From contig JAYUUN010000015.1 of the NCBI GenBank assembly GCA_043754535.1, forward strand, positions 1 through 58,106: DNA of 58,106 bases. The letters are read 5' to 3'. The notes under the pieces are model-generated. The model worked only from the letters and a program-made list of their open reading frames with translations. It was not told the DNA's origin and did no database searches. This DNA is from Chloroflexota bacterium. Lineage in GTDB: Bacteria; Chloroflexota; Chloroflexia; QHBQ01. How positions within the stretch are numbered: the stretch's first letter is position 1; the number at the start of each line of letters is the position of its first letter. Below, one piece after another: positions 29,347-39,255 of this stretch. The translations under genes were made by a program, and so were the position numbers.

Positions 29347-32300
29347 ATGAGGAGTAGTAGAGTAGTAGGGTTTATGCTGGCGGTGCTTGTCACCTTCAGT
29401 CTGGTTTTGAGCAACCTGGTGGCCGCCGCGCCAGCCAGCCAGCCCATCGCCGCGCCGAGCAAGCAGCCCAGCGTGGCAATCGGTAGCTTCGCTTCCCCCG
29501 CCAAGATCGCCACCAAAATCAGCCCCGAATTGCAGGGCAAACTGGCCGCCGGTAGCAAGGTTGGCTACTTCGTCAACCTGCTGGAGCAAGCCGACACCAG
29601 CAACGAAATTAGCCCCCTGCAATGGAAAGAGAAGGGCGATTACGTCTACAACAAGCTGACTGAGACCGCCAACCGCACGCAGGCTCCCCTGCTCAATCGG
29701 CTGGCCGCGCTCAAGCAGACTGGCGCAGTCAGCAAGTACCAGAGCTTCTGGATCGCCAATACGGTCTACGTAGTCGGCAACGCTGCCTCGGCCACCGCTC
29801 TGGCAAGCAGCGACGCGGTTGGCAGCCTGACCGCCGAGCAGAAGTATCAGCCCGACCCAATCTATGTCAACAAAGCCCCGGTTGCCGCTCCTAACACCCT
29901 CACTGGTGGCCTGACCAACATCGGCGTGCCAGCCGTCTGGGCGCAGGGCTACTACGGTCAGGGTATCACCGTTGGTAGCATGGACACTGGCGGCCTCTAC
30001 ACCCACGCGGCAATCAACCGCCAGTGGCGTGGCACCACCAGTGGTAGCAGCGACTACAACTGGTACGATGGCATGAGCAGCACGACCGTCCCCAGCGACC
30101 TCGCGGGCGACGAGTGGCACGGCTCGCATACCATCGGCACCATGGTTGGCGACGACGGTGCGGGCAACCAGATTGGCGTGGCACCCCAGGCCAACTGGAT
30201 ATCCTGCCGCATCTTTGATGCCGATAGTGCAGGCAGCGGTAGCAGTTCGGTGATCCTCAACTGCGGCCAGTGGATGCTAGCCCCCACCGACCTCAACTAC
30301 CGCAACCCTCGCCCCGAACTGCGCCCCCAGGTCGTCAGCAACTCATGGGGTGGCTCGGCTGCTGGTACGGTTGACCCCTTCTTCCAGAACGCCGTCACCA
30401 ACTGGATCAATGCGGGCATCTTCCCCAACTTCTCCAACGGCAACGCTGGCCCAGCGGCTGGCACGGTCAGCGACCCGGCCAACTACCCTAACAGCTTCGG
30501 CGTTGGTGCTAGCTGCTGGCGCACAGGTGCCAGCCCCAGCGGTTACAGTTGCAACCCCAACCGTGTCAACAGTGTAGTCAGCTTCAGCAGCCGTGGCCCT
30601 TCCCCAGTGGATGGCGGCCTCAAGCCCCAGGTAATCGCCCCCGGCCACGACGTGGTCAGTAGTATTGGCCCTGGCCCCAACACTTATGCCAGCTACGACG
30701 GCACCTCGATGGCCGCCCCGCACACCGCTGGCACGATTGCGCTGCTCCTGAGCAAGAACCGCAGCCTGACCGTCCAGCAACTCAAGGATGTGTTGACCAA
30801 CACCGCCTTCTTCGACAGCAGCTTCATGGGGGTTCGCCCGAACAACAACTTCGGCTATGGCCGCATTGACGCACTGGCTGCGATCAGCAGCGTGACCGCT
30901 ACCAACGGCTACGTTCTGGGTCGCGTGGTTGACTCTGGCGGCGCGCCGGTGACCAACGCCAGCATTAGCACCAGTGGCGCAGGTAGCTTCAGCGCACTGG
31001 TCAACGCCAATGGCTACTTCACCTTCACCGTTGGAGCAGGTACCTACACTCTCCAGGCCAAAAAGTACGGCTTTACCACTGGCACCGCCACCGTCACTGT
31101 AATGGTGGGCATGACCAGCACCCAGAACTTCACCCTCACTGCGGCCCCCACGGCCTCGGTCAGCGGCAACGTGACTGGCCCTGGTGGCACGCCGATCTCG
31201 GCAACGGTGCAGGTTTCCCCAGCTCCGCTTGCGCCGCTCACCAACACCAGCAGCTACAGCTTCACCCTGGCTCAGGGTAGCTACACCATCACCGTTACCC
31301 CCAACAACAACTGCCTGGCGATAGTTACGCGCACCGTGACCGTTCCCCCATCTGTGCTGGTCAACATCAGCACCACTGCCAAGACGGATAACTTCGGCTA
31401 CGTCTGCGACAATACAGGAGCACTCAACTTCACCGCTGGCAGCACCCAGATCAGCAACGCCAGCTTTAGTGGCGGCACCGACGATGGCATTGCCACGATC
31501 ACTATGCCCAGTGGCTTCAACTTCAACTACTATGGTCAAGTGATCACTGGCAACGTCGGCGTTGGCTCCAATGGCTACATCGAGTTCGGCGGCACCGATG
31601 TGACCAACGCTGGTAACCAGCTACCCGACCCGACCCCACCGAACAAGGCCATCTATGCCTTCCTGGACGACCTCGTGTTTGGTGGCGTTAATGGCGGCGC
31701 AACTGGTGGGGTCTACACCGGCTTGAGCGGCACCGCCCCCAACCGCAAGTTCGTGATCGAATGGCGCAACGTGCAGCACTTTGTGTCTACGAACGTCAAT
31801 GGTGGAAACTACACCTTCGAGATCGTATTGGAGGAGGGGACGAACAACATCTACCTCCAGTACCAGTCGATGAGCGGCACCCTCAGCGATGGCAGCAATG
31901 CCACCAGCGGTATTGAGAACGCGACTGGGACTGACGGCATCACCTACGCCCACCTTATCGCTAACTCGATCAGCAGTGGCCTCGCGGTCAGGTTCGCTGC
32001 CCCCGTCCCAACTGGCACCCCAACCTCGACCCCAGCGATTACCAGCACCCCGACGGTCACCAGCACGGCAGTGGTCACCGGCACCCCAACGGTCACCAGC
32101 ACGGCAGTGGTCACCGGCACCCCGACGATCACCAGTACGGTGGTAGCCACTGCGACGGCCACCCCCTGCGCGATCAGCTTCAGCGACGTGCCAACCACTT
32201 ACATCTTCTACGGCGACATCCAGTTCCTCGCTTGTCGTGGGATAGTTAGCGGCGCGAACGGTGCCTTCGGCCCGAACAACAGTGCCAGCCGCGGCCAGTT

Positions 32301-32745
32301 TGCGAAGATAGCGGTTCTTGGCTTCGGCATTACCTCCTTCACCCCAGTTACCCCGACCTTCGTGGACGTACCCGCCAACAGCATCTTCTACGGCTTCATC
32401 GAAGCTGCCGCCCATGCTGGTGTAGTCAACGGCCTGACCACAGGCCAGTGCGCGGCCCTCGGCACGCCCGGTACCTGCTACGGCCCCAACGTCAACATCA
32501 CCCGCGCTCAGACGGCAGTGATCGTCCAGCGGGCGAAGAACTACGCCCTCTTTACCCCGACCACCCCCACCTTCAGCGACGTGCCGACCAACAACTTCGC
32601 TTACGCGGCGATTGAGACGTTGGCCCATAACAACATCATCAACGGCGCAGCCTGCGGCACTAGCCTCTGCTTCCGCCCCAACGATAACATCAAGCGCGGT
32701 GAGTTGAGCAAGGTCGTACGCCGCGCTATCGAAACCGCCCCGTAA
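29347..32745 (+). CDS. Secreted S8 (subtilisin/bacillopeptidase F-like) protease with carboxypeptidase-regulatory-like and C-terminal SLH domains
   Basis: Signal peptide; DTG, HGSHTIG and GTSMAAPH catalytic triad; FSDVP...RG/RAQ SLH repeats. Confidence 0.9.
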   Translation: MRSSRVVGFMLAVLVTFSLVLSNLVAAAPASQPIAAPSKQPSVAIGSFASPAKIATKISPELQGKLAAGSKVGYFVNLLEQADTSNEISPLQWKEKGDYVYNKLTETANRTQAPLLNRLAALKQTGAVSKYQSFWIANTVYVVGNAASATALASSDAVGSLTAEQKYQPDPIYVNKAPVAAPNTLTGGLTNIGVPAVWAQGYYGQGITVGSMDTGGLYTHAAINRQWRGTTSGSSDYNWYDGMSSTTVPSDLAGDEWHGSHTIGTMVGDDGAGNQIGVAPQANWISCRIFDADSAGSGSSSVILNCGQWMLAPTDLNYRNPRPELRPQVVSNSWGGSAAGTVDPFFQNAVTNWINAGIFPNFSNGNAGPAAGTVSDPANYPNSFGVGASCWRTGASPSGYSCNPNRVNSVVSFSSRGPSPVDGGLKPQVIAPGHDVVSSIGPGPNTYASYDGTSMAAPHTAGTIALLLSKNRSLTVQQLKDVLTNTAFFDSSFMGVRPNNNFGYGRIDALAAISSVTATNGYVLGRVVDSGGAPVTNASISTSGAGSFSALVNANGYFTFTVGAGTYTLQAKKYGFTTGTATVTVMVGMTSTQNFTLTAAPTASVSGNVTGPGGTPISATVQVSPAPLAPLTNTSSYSFTLAQGSYTITVTPNNNCLAIVTRTVTVPPSVLVNISTTAKTDNFGYVCDNTGALNFTAGSTQISNASFSGGTDDGIATITMPSGFNFNYYGQVITGNVGVGSNGYIEFGGTDVTNAGNQLPDPTPPNKAIYAFLDDLVFGGVNGGATGGVYTGLSGTAPNRKFVIEWRNVQHFVSTNVNGGNYTFEIVLEEGTNNIYLQYQSMSGTLSDGSNATSGIENATGTDGITYAHLIANSISSGLAVRFAAPVPTGTPTSTPAITSTPTVTSTAVVTGTPTVTSTAVVTGTPTITSTVVATATATPCAISFSDVPTTYIFYGDIQFLACRGIVSGANGAFGPNNSASRGQFAKIAVLGFGITSFTPVTPTFVDVPANSIFYGFIEAAAHAGVVNGLTTGQCAALGTPGTCYGPNVNITRAQTAVIVQRAKNYALFTPTTPTFSDVPTNNFAYAAIETLAHNNIINGAACGTSLCFRPNDNIKRGELSKVVRRAIETAP
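32047..32145 (+). repeat. 36-bp in-frame repeat (TPTVTSTAVVTG) in protease linker
   Basis: Two full copies and one partial copy. Confidence 0.75.
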
Positions 32746-32766
32746 CCACCTAGAGCAGCACAACAA

Positions 32767-32800
32767 GCAGTCCCCCGTTCGGCAACGAGCGGGGGACTTC
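32767..32800 (+). terminator. Terminator hairpin after S8 protease
   Basis: agtcccccgttcg-gcaa-cgagcgggggact. Confidence 0.65.
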
Positions 32801-32899
32801 TGTGTGGGCGGTTGGGCAGTCGCAGTGGGTGTGCAGCGGCGTGGAGGCCTGGCTGCGTAGGGGATAGCTACTCTCCCTATCGCAGTGCGGTCACGCTCG

Positions 32900-34810
32900 T
32901 CAGGCGATGGTGATCGTGCAGCGCAGGATCAGGTGATCCAGATAGCGGTCTGGCGTGCGCTGGCGGCCTGCGATGAGGTAGTGACAATCGGTGACGATGA
33001 TGCTGGCGGTCAGGTGACCGACGCTGAGGCTGAAGCTGAGGCCGTCGCGGATCGTCTTGATGTCAGCGAAGCGTACGAGTGGGCCTTGTGGCAGTTCGGC
33101 TGTCACTGTACTCCACTCGTCGCTGTAGGCACGCGGACTGAGCAGGATCGCCACGCTGCTCTCGCCTGTGCGCCGCTCGTAGAGGGTCAGCCAGAAGCCC
33201 CGGCTGGCGGCCTCAGCCAGTTCATCCTCGCTGCCCAGCAGCAGTGGTGGCGCACTGAGGATGCATGACCCCAGTACGGCACCATCCGGGGCGGTAATCG
33301 CCTGCACATCATGCTCCTTGCTGCCGAATGGGAAGCTGAGTTCGAGGATTACTGGTTGCTCTCCCCCAGGCTCACTGCTGCCGAAGGCTGCTGGCGCGGG
33401 CGCAGCGACGGCGGTGGCGGGTGCGGTGGCGGGCGGAAACGCCTGCTCAAAGGCTGGCTCTCCCTGCCCAAGCTGCACCATTGAGGGTGAGGCTAGAGGG
33501 GGCAATGCTGGGCGCAGGGTGGGTGCAGCCAGGTTGGCCTGCCCACGACGGGCAGTACGCAGGGCAAAGAGGCCGACGAGGGCTATCAGCAGCAGGCCGC
33601 CGCCCACATTGACTACAAGATTGCTGGCGAAGCCGCCGGGGTTGAGCAGCAGCCAGAGGGCAGCTAGCCCCACGCAGATCGCTGCAAGAACAGCTACCGC
33701 TAGCCAGGGCAGGTTGCGGCGGGCGGGGGCGGGCGCGTCGGCTGCTGCCAGCCTGACTGCCTGAGCCAGCCGTCCAGACGAACTGGCGGGGCCAGGCACG
33801 AGCCTACCACTGCTGTGCTGCTGGCTGGGTTTGTCCTGCCGGTCGCCAAGCGCACTGTAGCTGGCGGTAGCCACTTGCCCAGCGGCGGCAGTATCTGCGT
33901 GGTCGCTACCAGCCACTGGCCCCGCGTTGGGGTAGTCCTGTGGCGCGTCGTCAATCATCGGCCACGCGCCCGTATTGGTTGGGAGAGTCGGCGGTTCAGC
34001 ATTGGCAGTCAAGTCGTCGCTGGTGACAACCTGCTGGTGACTGGTCGGCTGGCCGAGGTCGTCAATGCGGGCAATGATCATCGAGATGTTGTCCTTGCCC
34101 CCGCGCTGGTTGGCAGCGTCGGTCAAGGCATCGCAGGCTTCCTGTGGGTCATCATACTGCTGCAAGAAGGCCATGATCTCGCGGTCTTCGAGCATGGTAG
34201 TCAGGCCGTCGGAGCAGAGTAGCAGGACATCACCTGCGCGCAAGTCTTGCCCACGCACGCTGGGGCTGACCTGCTCAAGCCCGCCTAGAGCCTGGGTGAT
34301 CACATTACGAAACTGGCTATTGCGCGCATCCTGTTCGTTCATCATCCCGCTACGAACCTGCTCTGCGATCCAGGAGTGGTCTTGCGAGAGTTGCACCAGG
34401 CGGTCGCCACGCAAGAGGTAGGCGCGACTGTCGCCCACGTTGGCAACTCCAATGTGGGTGCCGCGCAGAGCGACGCAGACGCAGGTGCTACCCATGCCAT
34501 TTTGGGCAGGGCGTTTAGCCGCCTCCTCCAACACCCTGCGGTTGGCCTCGGTGACTGCCACCCGCAACGAGTCCTCAACAGTGTTGGCTGAGGCAGCGTA
34601 GTAGGCACTGGTCAGGGTTTCGACCGCAATTGCGCTGGCAACGTCGCCAGCAGCATGGCCGCCAACCCCGTCGCAGACCAGGAACAGCGCGCCTTTTTCC
34701 TCCTGCATGGCAGGTTCGGGCGGGAAGTAGATACCCAGGCTATCCTCCTGGTTCTCGCGCACCATGCCGAGGTCCAGGCGTGACCCAATACGCAGAACGG
34801 TTTTAGCCAA
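32900..34810 (-). CDS. PP2C/Stp1-family Ser/Thr phosphatase with two TM helices and C-terminal domain
   Basis: RENQED, VCDGVGGH, NVGDSRAY, LCSDGL and GGKDNIS motifs; TTG start overlapping upstream stop. Confidence 0.9.
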   Translation of the reverse strand: MAKTVLRIGSRLDLGMVRENQEDSLGIYFPPEPAMQEEKGALFLVCDGVGGHAAGDVASAIAVETLTSAYYAASANTVEDSLRVAVTEANRRVLEEAAKRPAQNGMGSTCVCVALRGTHIGVANVGDSRAYLLRGDRLVQLSQDHSWIAEQVRSGMMNEQDARNSQFRNVITQALGGLEQVSPSVRGQDLRAGDVLLLCSDGLTTMLEDREIMAFLQQYDDPQEACDALTDAANQRGGKDNISMIIARIDDLGQPTSHQQVVTSDDLTANAEPPTLPTNTGAWPMIDDAPQDYPNAGPVAGSDHADTAAAGQVATASYSALGDRQDKPSQQHSSGRLVPGPASSSGRLAQAVRLAAADAPAPARRNLPWLAVAVLAAICVGLAALWLLLNPGGFASNLVVNVGGGLLLIALVGLFALRTARRGQANLAAPTLRPALPPLASPSMVQLGQGEPAFEQAFPPATAPATAVAAPAPAAFGSSEPGGEQPVILELSFPFGSKEHDVQAITAPDGAVLGSCILSAPPLLLGSEDELAEAASRGFWLTLYERRTGESSVAILLSPRAYSDEWSTVTAELPQGPLVRFADIKTIRDGLSFSLSVGHLTASIIVTDCHYLIAGRQRTPDRYLDHLILRCTITIA

Positions 34811-36014
34811 AACGAACTCCTATCGCTGCCATCTCCTCGCGTAGTAGGGAGGGGGTGAGCAGTTCGGTGTAGAGCAGGCGGATCAGGTCGGCAGACTTGC
34901 CATGCCGCCGAGCCGCTGCGATAGCCTGCTCGATCAGTGCGCCACCACACCAGTAGGTGAAGACGTAGGCGCGCCAAAGCGGGTGGGTGACGAAGCGCAT
35001 CCCCTGGCGGGCGCGGCGGTCGTCCACCCAACCCTCGCGCATCCGATAGGTGACTACATCCTCAAAGCTAGCATCTTGCGTATAATACATGATCGCCGCG
35101 TTGATACCGACGGCCCGGCGTAGTTCGCTGGCGGTGCGGTAGAGTTGCTCCGCCTCGCTGCTGCGGTGATGGGCGATCTCCAGCAGCAGGTGGCCCACAT
35201 CGGCCAGCCCCTCAGCTATGGGGCAGTCGGGGGTATTGAGCAGCTTGATGCTCGCTTCCAGCCGCCCATGCTGGCGGTAGATGATCGCCTCATGGCAGGC
35301 GTGGTCACTGTGGTGGCCGGGATAAACCTCGTGGCGCAGGAGGCCGAGAGCGTTGTGGCGGTTAAGGGGAATATCCAGGTTAATCTCGATCCGCGAGCGG
35401 AACTCGCCCAGGTACCAGTTGTACGCCCCCCAGGGCTTGTCGCTGACCCCCTCGATGCTGGCTGCCTCGTTGGTCGGCAGGTAGGGGATCACCTGGCGGG
35501 TAGCCTGCCGCAGCTTGGCGGCCTGTTCGTGGAAGAACTTGAACAGGCTGTCGCCCGATAGCTGGTCGCTGCTCTCAAAGGCAGTCAAAGCCTGAGTAGC
35601 TGGTTGTTTGTAGCCAAGTCCGTTAAGCAGGCGGCGCACTTCGGCCTGGTAAGCCTGGATTTGGCCCGCGCCAACTGCCTCTGGCTCGACATCGTAGATT
35701 TCGCGCACGTAGTCAAGGTAGCTGTAGGCAGTCTGGCCGCTAGCCGCGTCAGCGATCTGGGCCAGGAGGGCGCGTACCTGACGGCGCAGGAAGCGGACGC
35801 GCAAGCTGTTCTCTGCCTCGGCTAGTTGCGCGGCTAGATGCAAGCCCTGCTGTTCTAGCTTCTCAAAGGGCAGCGGCTGCTCGGCTGCGACGTTGGTCTG
35901 CAACTGCGCTGGGCCATAGTAAGCATCTACCAGGCCCTCGACGTGCTTGTTCAAGCGGAAAGCCAGGGTAATGTAATCTTCGGCTATTTGCTGCAAGGGA
36001 TCGGCTGCGGCCAT
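34803..36014 (-). CDS. Hypothetical protein with HExxPGHH motif (DUF885-like putative metallopeptidase)
   Basis: RHEVYPGHH...IAEGLA...YVFTY motifs. Confidence 0.65.
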   Translation of the reverse strand: MAAADPLQQIAEDYITLAFRLNKHVEGLVDAYYGPAQLQTNVAAEQPLPFEKLEQQGLHLAAQLAEAENSLRVRFLRRQVRALLAQIADAASGQTAYSYLDYVREIYDVEPEAVGAGQIQAYQAEVRRLLNGLGYKQPATQALTAFESSDQLSGDSLFKFFHEQAAKLRQATRQVIPYLPTNEAASIEGVSDKPWGAYNWYLGEFRSRIEINLDIPLNRHNALGLLRHEVYPGHHSDHACHEAIIYRQHGRLEASIKLLNTPDCPIAEGLADVGHLLLEIAHHRSSEAEQLYRTASELRRAVGINAAIMYYTQDASFEDVVTYRMREGWVDDRRARQGMRFVTHPLWRAYVFTYWCGGALIEQAIAAARRHGKSADLIRLLYTELLTPSLLREEMAAIGVRFG

Positions 36015-36201
36015 CTCGTTCCTCGTGCTGGTTGTCGTTATACTATACGGTTTGAGCCAGTGATTGTCAAACCGTGTAACACTTAGCCCCTCTCGAACGT
36101 CATATAGATCAGCGGGGTTGCACCGCTTCACGACCAGCGAACTGCCAATCTATGACTATCATCAAGTGGATTGTTGTCCAAGTCATGTAAAGGGAAATAT
36201 C

Positions 36202-36894
36202 ATGTGCGCCCCTGCTCCCCTACGCCTGCTCATCGTGCTGCTCGTTGCTGGCCTGCTCCTTTCTGCTTGCGACGACGGCAACCCGCTGCCACCTGCCCCG
36301 CCTGCGCCACCTGCCAGCGGTGGCGGCACCACCCAGCCTGCCCACACCGACCTGCTACCGACCGCGACCACTGCCCGGCAGCCTGCTAGTGAGCCATCAG
36401 TAGTAGCAAGCGCAGACCGCAGCGACCAGCCAGTGGTGACGGCGGTTGATGTAGATATAGCAGTCTACGCTCTGGTTACCCGCGACCTGGCCGCTCGCCT
36501 GGCTCCCGCCACTGCCAGCAGCCTCTACCTCAACCAGGGTGCGGCCAGCGGTAGCTCCTTGGAAGTGAAGCTGGATAGCCCGCCCGTTCCCGCTGCCCTG
36601 CTCAACAGCCTCGGCATGGCCGCGCGGTTCGCCCGCTTCGCCGAAGTACTCGACCGCAGTGCGCCTGACGGAGCGGTGGTCAAGGATGGTGCGGCCTACA
36701 TAACCCTGGGGATGGTAAGCTACTTTGATGCCAACAACAATCCGCTAACCGATGGTGTGGGCGCAATGACCGCCATGCTACGCGGCAGCGTCTACCAGTC
36801 GCGCACCCAGGCCAAAGGGATGCTCTACACCCTACGTGGTGGCGGCAACAACTGGCAGGTGCAAGCGGCAAAGGAGGAGTGGCGCGGCCAATAG
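36202..36894 (+). CDS. Putative lipoprotein
   Basis: LLLSAC lipobox followed by Pro-rich linker. Confidence 0.65.
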   Translation: MCAPAPLRLLIVLLVAGLLLSACDDGNPLPPAPPAPPASGGGTTQPAHTDLLPTATTARQPASEPSVVASADRSDQPVVTAVDVDIAVYALVTRDLAARLAPATASSLYLNQGAASGSSLEVKLDSPPVPAALLNSLGMAARFARFAEVLDRSAPDGAVVKDGAAYITLGMVSYFDANNNPLTDGVGAMTAMLRGSVYQSRTQAKGMLYTLRGGGNNWQVQAAKEEWRGQ

Positions 36895-36963
36895 CTGCGG
36901 CCCAAAGTGGGTATGCAGCCAGGCCACCGCCGCTTCTTGCCTGTGCTGCCAGCCCCATGCTGG

Positions 36964-37986
36964 TTAGACGTGCGTCCGCCAGTAGTTGAGCAGGTCTAGC
37001 ATGGTAGTCTCAAACGGTATCTCTGGTTGCCAGCCGGTGCGCTGCTTGAACTTGGTTGCGTCGGCCATCAGCAGCTTTACGTCGCTGGGGCGCATCCGGG
37101 CTGGGTCTTGGGCTACCTTCACCTTTGCGGTAGTCATGGTCAGCAGCAGGTCTAGCATCTCCTGGATGCTGCGGGCCACCCCCGTGCCGATGTTGTAGAC
37201 CTCGCCCGCCTCGCACTTCTCGACCAGCAGGTGGTAGGCGCGGCAGACATCGCGCACATCAGTCCAGTCGCGGCGGCTGGTCAGGTCGCCAACATGGATG
37301 ATCGGCTCCTGCAAATCCTTCTCGATCAGGGCGATCTGGCGAGCGAAGGTGCTGGTTACAAAGTTGTCACCGCGCCGTGGCCCCTCGTGGTTGAAGCCTC
37401 GCGTAGTGATCGTCTTCAGGCCATACGACTTGTGGTACTGGTAGGCCAGCATCTCCTGCGTCACCTTGCTCACCGCGTAAGGCGAGAGGGGGCGCAGAGG
37501 ATTGCTCTCCTTGATTGGAGTTTCGTCCGCGCGCACATAGCCGTACTCCTCGCTGCTGCCTGCGATCTGGATCACGGGGTCTAGGCCGAGGTCGCGGACA
37601 GCCTCCAACAGGTTGAGTTGCGCGTCAATGTTGGTGTGCAGGCTCTCGCCAGGTGCGTTCCAGGAGCCAGGAACGAAGCTTTGGGCTGCCAGGTGGAAGA
37701 TATAATGCGGCTCGGTGGCGGCAAGCAGGCGGCGCACGCTGAAGGGGTCGGTCAGTTCTGCCCCGATCAGGTTCACCTTCTGCCTGTCCACCGCTTGGCG
37801 GATGACCTTCACTTCAGCCACGCCTGCCTCAATGGTGTTCAGCTTGTCCGCCCGCTGCAAGTCCTCCAGGTTGACGCGCTGGCTGCGGCGGCGGTAGTTG
37901 CCATAGACCTCGAAGCCATGCTTGAGGAAGTATTCTGCCAGGTGGCTGCCGGTCATGCCGGTAATGCCGGTGATCAAAACTCTCAA
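36964..37986 (-). CDS. gmd: GDP-mannose 4,6-dehydratase-family NAD-dependent epimerase/dehydratase
   Basis: ITGITGMTGS, HLAAQSFV, SSEEYG, SPYAVSK and FNHEGPRRG motifs. Confidence 0.8.
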   Translation of the reverse strand: MRVLITGITGMTGSHLAEYFLKHGFEVYGNYRRRSQRVNLEDLQRADKLNTIEAGVAEVKVIRQAVDRQKVNLIGAELTDPFSVRRLLAATEPHYIFHLAAQSFVPGSWNAPGESLHTNIDAQLNLLEAVRDLGLDPVIQIAGSSEEYGYVRADETPIKESNPLRPLSPYAVSKVTQEMLAYQYHKSYGLKTITTRGFNHEGPRRGDNFVTSTFARQIALIEKDLQEPIIHVGDLTSRRDWTDVRDVCRAYHLLVEKCEAGEVYNIGTGVARSIQEMLDLLLTMTTAKVKVAQDPARMRPSDVKLLMADATKFKQRTGWQPEIPFETTMLDLLNYWRTHV

Positions 37987-38121
37987 ATCTGTTTGCTCCT
38001 TTTAGCCATTATTTGCCAGGACAGCGCGAATCAGTCTGCTGCTAATCGCTTTCCTGTTAACTTCAACGGTCGATGTGGCAGAAAGTTGCTGCCCGCCTTG
38101 CTCATCCGCCAATCGGCTCGC

Positions 38122-39255
38122 TCAGAAGCTAATCGCGTTGTCTGGCAGGGTTACGTTGGGCCAGAGACGCAGGCCGCTACTAACCACATTGTTCGCGCCG
38201 ATCACGCAATTGTCGCCGATGATCGCCTCGTTGGTGATACTAGTATTCGCGCCAATCACGCTCTGGCTGCCAATTGCACAACGGCGCAGATGCGCGCCTG
38301 CCCCTACCTGCACGCCCTCCCACAACACTGCGTCCTCAATGATCGCCCGTTCACCGACCGTGCAGCGGTCACCGAGAACCGCAGGGCCGACGATCTGGGC
38401 GTGAGCCGCGACGGTGCAATCTTCGCCGAGGACGACTGGGCCGCTGATCTTCGCGCTGGGGTCAACCCGCGACCCTTTGCCGATCACCTGCCCACCCTCG
38501 CGCAGGGACTTGGGTATGGATGTCATATCGCTAACTCTGCCAACCAGCAGATCGTGGTTGGCGGCCAGGTAACGTTGCGGGGTGCCAATGTCCAGCCAGT
38601 ATGCCTCGCTGGGGAAGCCGTACATGGGCCTGCCCCGCCGCAAGAGGTCGGGAAAGAGGCCGCGCTCGAACATATAGAAGCCAGCAGGGATGTACTGCAA
38701 GGCTTCTGGCTCCATCACGTAGGTGCCAGCGTTGATCAGCTTGCTGGGCGCATCCTCCAACCGCGGCTTCTCCACAAACTGGCTGATCTGCTTGCTAGCA
38801 TCCATCGCCACCACGCCGTAGCTGGTAGGATCGTCTACTGGGGTGAGCGAGATGCTCATCACTGCGCCGTTAGCCTTGTGCGCCGCCACCATCGCGCTAA
38901 GGTCGAGGTCAGTGAGGATGTCACCATTGAAGACGAGGAAGGTTTCGTCGTCCAGGTAGCGTTCTACGTTCTTGACCGCACCCGCCGTGCCTAGTGGCTC
39001 GTCCTCGCCCACCACTGTCAGGCGCACCCCCAGGCTGCTGCCGTCGCCATAGTAGTCGCTGAAGGCGGCAGGGAGGTACTGGACGGCCAGCACAATGTCG
39101 CTGATGCCATGAACGCGCAGGTGGCGAAAGACGTGGCTGAGGAAGGGGATGTTGCCAACCGGGAGCATCGGCTTGGGCCGGTTGACGGTGAGCGGGCGTA
39201 GGCGGCTACCCTGCCCACCGACGAGGATCACTGCTTTCAAACTTTGCTCCTCCAA
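38122..39255 (-). CDS. NDP-sugar synthase (mannose-1-phosphate guanylyltransferase-like) with LbH domain
   Basis: GGQGSRLRPLT..PKP, EPLGTAG, FVEKP and WLDIG motifs; hexapeptide repeats. Confidence 0.9.
   Translation of the reverse strand: MEEQSLKAVILVGGQGSRLRPLTVNRPKPMLPVGNIPFLSHVFRHLRVHGISDIVLAVQYLPAAFSDYYGDGSSLGVRLTVVGEDEPLGTAGAVKNVERYLDDETFLVFNGDILTDLDLSAMVAAHKANGAVMSISLTPVDDPTSYGVVAMDASKQISQFVEKPRLEDAPSKLINAGTYVMEPEALQYIPAGFYMFERGLFPDLLRRGRPMYGFPSEAYWLDIGTPQRYLAANHDLLVGRVSDMTSIPKSLREGGQVIGKGSRVDPSAKISGPVVLGEDCTVAAHAQIVGPAVLGDRCTVGERAIIEDAVLWEGVQVGAGAHLRRCAIGSQSVIGANTSITNEAIIGDNCVIGANNVVSSGLRLWPNVTLPDNAISF

Noticed and set aside
37618..38994. 458-aa plus-strand ORF and similar long antisense ORFs (e.g. 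6003-7169, 23661-24938, 30343-31539)
   Set aside because: Shadow ORFs opposite well-supported genes, as expected in GC-rich DNA.
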